In this document: positions 56,219 to 64,000 of the stretch, one piece after another
Numbering within the stretch: the first letter of the stretch is position 1
Layout: each line of letters opens with the position of its first letter
Origin: Octopus vulgaris
Lineage: Eukaryota
NCBI GenBank assembly: GCA_951406725.2
Contig: OX597818.1
Location: forward strand, 8,742,001 to 8,806,000
DNA length: 64,000 bases
Reading direction: 5' to 3'
The notes under the pieces: model-generated
Seen by the model: the letters and a program-made list of their open reading frames with translations, nothing else
Databases searched by the model: none
Told to the model about the DNA's origin: nothing
Made by a program: the position numbers and the translations under genes

Positions 56219-56454
56219 ATAACGAATTTTTTAGAGATTTCTATCGGTTTATTTCGAGACGCATAAATTTAATGGTTATCGACAATTTTTATTTGTTTTG
56301 GCGTATCTAGCATTAGAATTGTTTCTTCTGCCCTCATCTTGTAAATTATGTATAAATTTTACCTTGAAAGGCATTTTTTGATATGCTGGCCATTGATAAA
56401 AATTTTTTCCCGGAAAAATGTTATCCTATATCAATCATATATATATATATATAT

Positions 56455-56865
56455 ATGCCTGTGTGGTGAGTACCTTGCTTCCCAACCACATGTTTTCGAG
56501 TTCAGTCCCACTGTCTGGTACCTTGGGCAAGTATATTCTACTATAGCCTTGGGGAAACCAAAGACTCGTGAGTGTATTTGGTGGACGGAAACTGAAGAAG
56601 CCCGTCGTATATATATCTATCTATCTATATATATATATATATATGGGTGTGTGTGTGTGTGTGTATTTGTGTGTATGTGTGTAAATAGATATGTTTGTGT
56701 GTCTGTGTTTGTCCCCAACATCGCTTGACAACCGATGCTGGTGTGTTCACGTCCCCGTAACCTAGCGGTTCGTCAAAAGAACTGATAGGATAAGTATTAG
56801 GTTACAAAGAATAAGTCCTCGGGTCGATTTGCTCGACTCAAACAAGCTCCAGCAAAGAGTAAAGA
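56455..56865 (+). mobile_element. SINE family A
   Basis: Same head, body and tail as the other copies. Confidence 0.85.
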
Positions 56866-57219
56866 CTCAATATATATACATACATATATATATTTATATA
56901 TATATACACATAATGTTAGTATGTAAACACTTATATACCCACAGACATATTCCTATGTGTGTGTGTGGGTGCATGTGTATACGAGAGTGTTTTGACTTTC
57001 AGCACATACGCATCCACAGACACAACATCACACACAAACATGCATATATATATAATCTACATATGAAAGCTTATATCTGTGTATGTATACATCTAAGCTC
57101 TCAGAAAAGTCAATGGGAATATATATCTCTTTATTGAAAAGAAAACTATCTGTTTTTATCCGTATTTAATTGTACAATGTCATTTTGAATCATCAACACA
57201 ACCGAAACTACCATCGGTT

Positions 57220-57239
57220 TTTATTATTATTATCATTAA

Positions 57240-57284
<45 letters not shown>

Positions 57285-57986
57285 TTTTATTTTTTACTTT
57301 TATTATTAATATTATTATTATTATTATTATTGTTGTTGTTGTTGTTGTTGTTGTTATTATTATTATTACTATTATTGACATGATTGTTGTTGTAGTTTCT
57401 TGATGTCGTCATAGTTGTTTTTGTTGCAATTGTTGTCAAGATTGTTAGCTGTTGGAGAAGCCGGATTAATCTGCCGGACTGAATAGATGTTATTACTATC
57501 ATCTAAACTCTAAAACATTTGCCGTAATCAGGCATTTCTCGTCCTACCTAACCCATCAACATCACCGCCACAACTAGCAGCACCGCCACCACCAACAACA
57601 ACACCACCAACACCACAAACACTACCGTAACCGCCAATAATATTCCTCCACTACTGTCATTATTTCGTATAATTTCCAACGATTCACCATTTCATCATAC
57701 CATCCATATCCTCCTCCCCTTCCTCCACCTCCGCTTCTCGCGCCCCACCACCGATTTCTACTTTCCTTTCTTTCTTTTTCCGATTCTTGTGTCCCTTCTC
57801 ATTTCTCTTCATTAACTTTTTCTAGTTATTTGGCTGCTGCTGCTGCTGCCGTCCCTGCTTTCGCCACTGCTGTTGCTACTGCTACAGTTACCATCACCAT
57901 CGACTACAAAAACAACTGCGACTGCAAAAACAACAACAACAACAGCAAATACTGCTACTACTACTGCTACTACTACTATTACCACC

Positions 57987-58017
<31 letters not shown>

Positions 58018-58115
58018 ATATTGCTAATGCAGTTGTTGCTGCCACTACTACTAGTTTTACCCATTATTATTATTATCGATATACATTATTTTTCTTTTTT
58101 CTATTATTATTATTA

Positions 58116-58173
<58 letters not shown>

Positions 58174-58195
58174 TATTATTATCATTATTATTATT

Positions 58196-58245
<50 letters not shown>

Positions 58246-58390
58246 TTTTCCTCATTTTCGTTTTTTAATCATCTTTATTTTCTTTCATTACTTTTTCCTT
58301 CGTATCTTTCTCCACTCTTCTTTTCTATGCTTTCTGTCTCTTCCTCCCCTTCCACCTCCTCTTTCTACCACAACTACTACTACTAATGCT
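57220..58390. repeat. Mosaic trinucleotide low-complexity region (ATT, GTT, CAC, CTA)
   Basis: Read directly from the sequence. Confidence 0.9.
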
Positions 58391-58838
58391 AGTACCAATT
58401 CTAATACTAATACTGCTATTCTTCTTTGATTGGCTTATTGAATGCATGCATCATTCAGTGAATTACATACTTGAACCTCCGTGCCACAAACTAGTATACA
58501 TTTCCTGATTTAGATATAAAGTCAGTTGTAAGAAAACCCACAAACCCCCATCTCACCAAACCTCACCCTCAACAATCTAACTCATGTCTCTTGCGCCACG
58601 TCTCCATCTCCTACAATTTGTGAAGACTTGATTTCCAACGATAATTGAAGCTGACTCTAGTGATTAGCAAAATTGTATGCCATTGATGTAGACATCATTC
58701 AAACAATTTGTAAGGCTATGGAGAGCTATGTTTAAAGCATGGCTCTAGACTTTCGTTTTAAGGTATGTGTGTGTTTATTAGTATGTATAGTGTATATATG
58801 TGTGTGCGTGTATATATATATATATATATATATACATA

Positions 58839-58904
<66 letters not shown>

Positions 58905-59959
58905 TGTATATATACATACCCATATTGGTGTGTATATATATACAGAGAGAACGACAGGAAGGTTGGTAAATAGATAAACAGTGATATGCATGTATAGTTG
59001 CATTTAGATTCATACATGCATGTAAATATAAAAGATTGCCCACATAAACGCATTAACCAAATGTATGTGAATTAGATACATAGATGATAAAATATTTTAA
59101 TGCAAGCTTCTGTGTAACATTCATGCAAAATACTATTTTGTTTATTAATATTATTACTGCATTCCCTTTGTAAATGCCGTTATTATTTTTTCTTTTTTTT
59201 CCTTTTTTTTTGGTTGTGGATTTGGTCTTAGTATTTCTTCATGCTGCTTTCGATTTAGCATCGTTTTGAATTATATGTTTTTCATGTATATTTAAATCAT
59301 GCATTTTCGTACGTTAAACTTGCATGGCTGGCTATGAATAGCCTCATCTTGTCTTATATATTCCTGTCCACTTCATAGCCACGTTGGCTTTCTGCCTACT
59401 ATGCAAACAATATATTATCATTTATCTTTACTAATTTCAGATATTGGATGTGGCCATGCAGGGGCACTATCTAGAAGAATAAAGTCGAATATATCGGTCC
59501 CTCTGCTTAAGATATTTTGAGCTTAGTACATAATCTGTTTCTTACATCCCAACTGGATGTAATCAATTTAACACTCGTTATCAAAATATAGGGGATATAT
59601 TACACAAAGACACACTTACACATATAAATACATATGATTATATATATTTAAATAGGAGGGGGGCATCTTAAGTTTCCTCGTAGTAAATCTGCTAAAAAGG
59701 TTTTGATCAGCCCAGAGAAATTATAGAAGGCAATTTTCATAGGAGTCACTCAGTTGGATTGAACCCAGAGAACGTGGATTGGAAGTAAACCTGTAGCTAC
59801 AGCTGCGCCTAAAAAGTCACACTTCATGAATGTACGTGTCGCTTTTGTGCAGGAGCCATTCAAATTTTCTCAATATATGCTCAATTTCAATATATTTTCT
59901 GTCAAAGCAATACATATTGGACTTGTAATATATTACATTAGACAATAATTGCACCAATA

Positions 59960-64000
<4,041 letters not shown>

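Larger units (their letters stand above)
55203..56435. mobile_element. Non-coding ~468-nt hammerhead-bearing unit: 1.6 tandem copies plus one inverted copy (retrozyme or pLTR-like)
   Basis: Repeats start at 55205 and 55671; inverted monomer at 55955-56434; each carries an HHR; (TA)n flanks. Confidence 0.8.

Overview
AT-rich, microsatellite-dense animal DNA, most likely from an octopus. The assignment rests on my recognition of two tRNA-derived SINE families and was not searched. No intact host gene is visible. The window is mostly transposable-element remains: six degenerate R4/Dong-like RLE LINE pieces beside (TAA)n tracts, several Penelope-like elements (one with a 530-aa RT plus GIY-YIG ORF), mariner/Tc1, pogo and Helitron remnants, nested TIR elements with clean TSDs, and many SINEs. 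Most short ORFs in the track are microsatellite artefacts. The main signal is about ten hand-folded type I hammerhead ribozyme (HHR) motifs from several families. These include a ~468-nt HHR unit in tandem plus inverted copies (retrozyme-like), a G3-C8 core variant in three copies, and a U4C variant with a long loop II. One Penelope carries an inverted terminal copy that starts exactly at its predicted HHR cleavage site. A decayed polycystin-1-like sequence and one candidate host exon lie on the minus strand. All folds and homologies were judged by eye.
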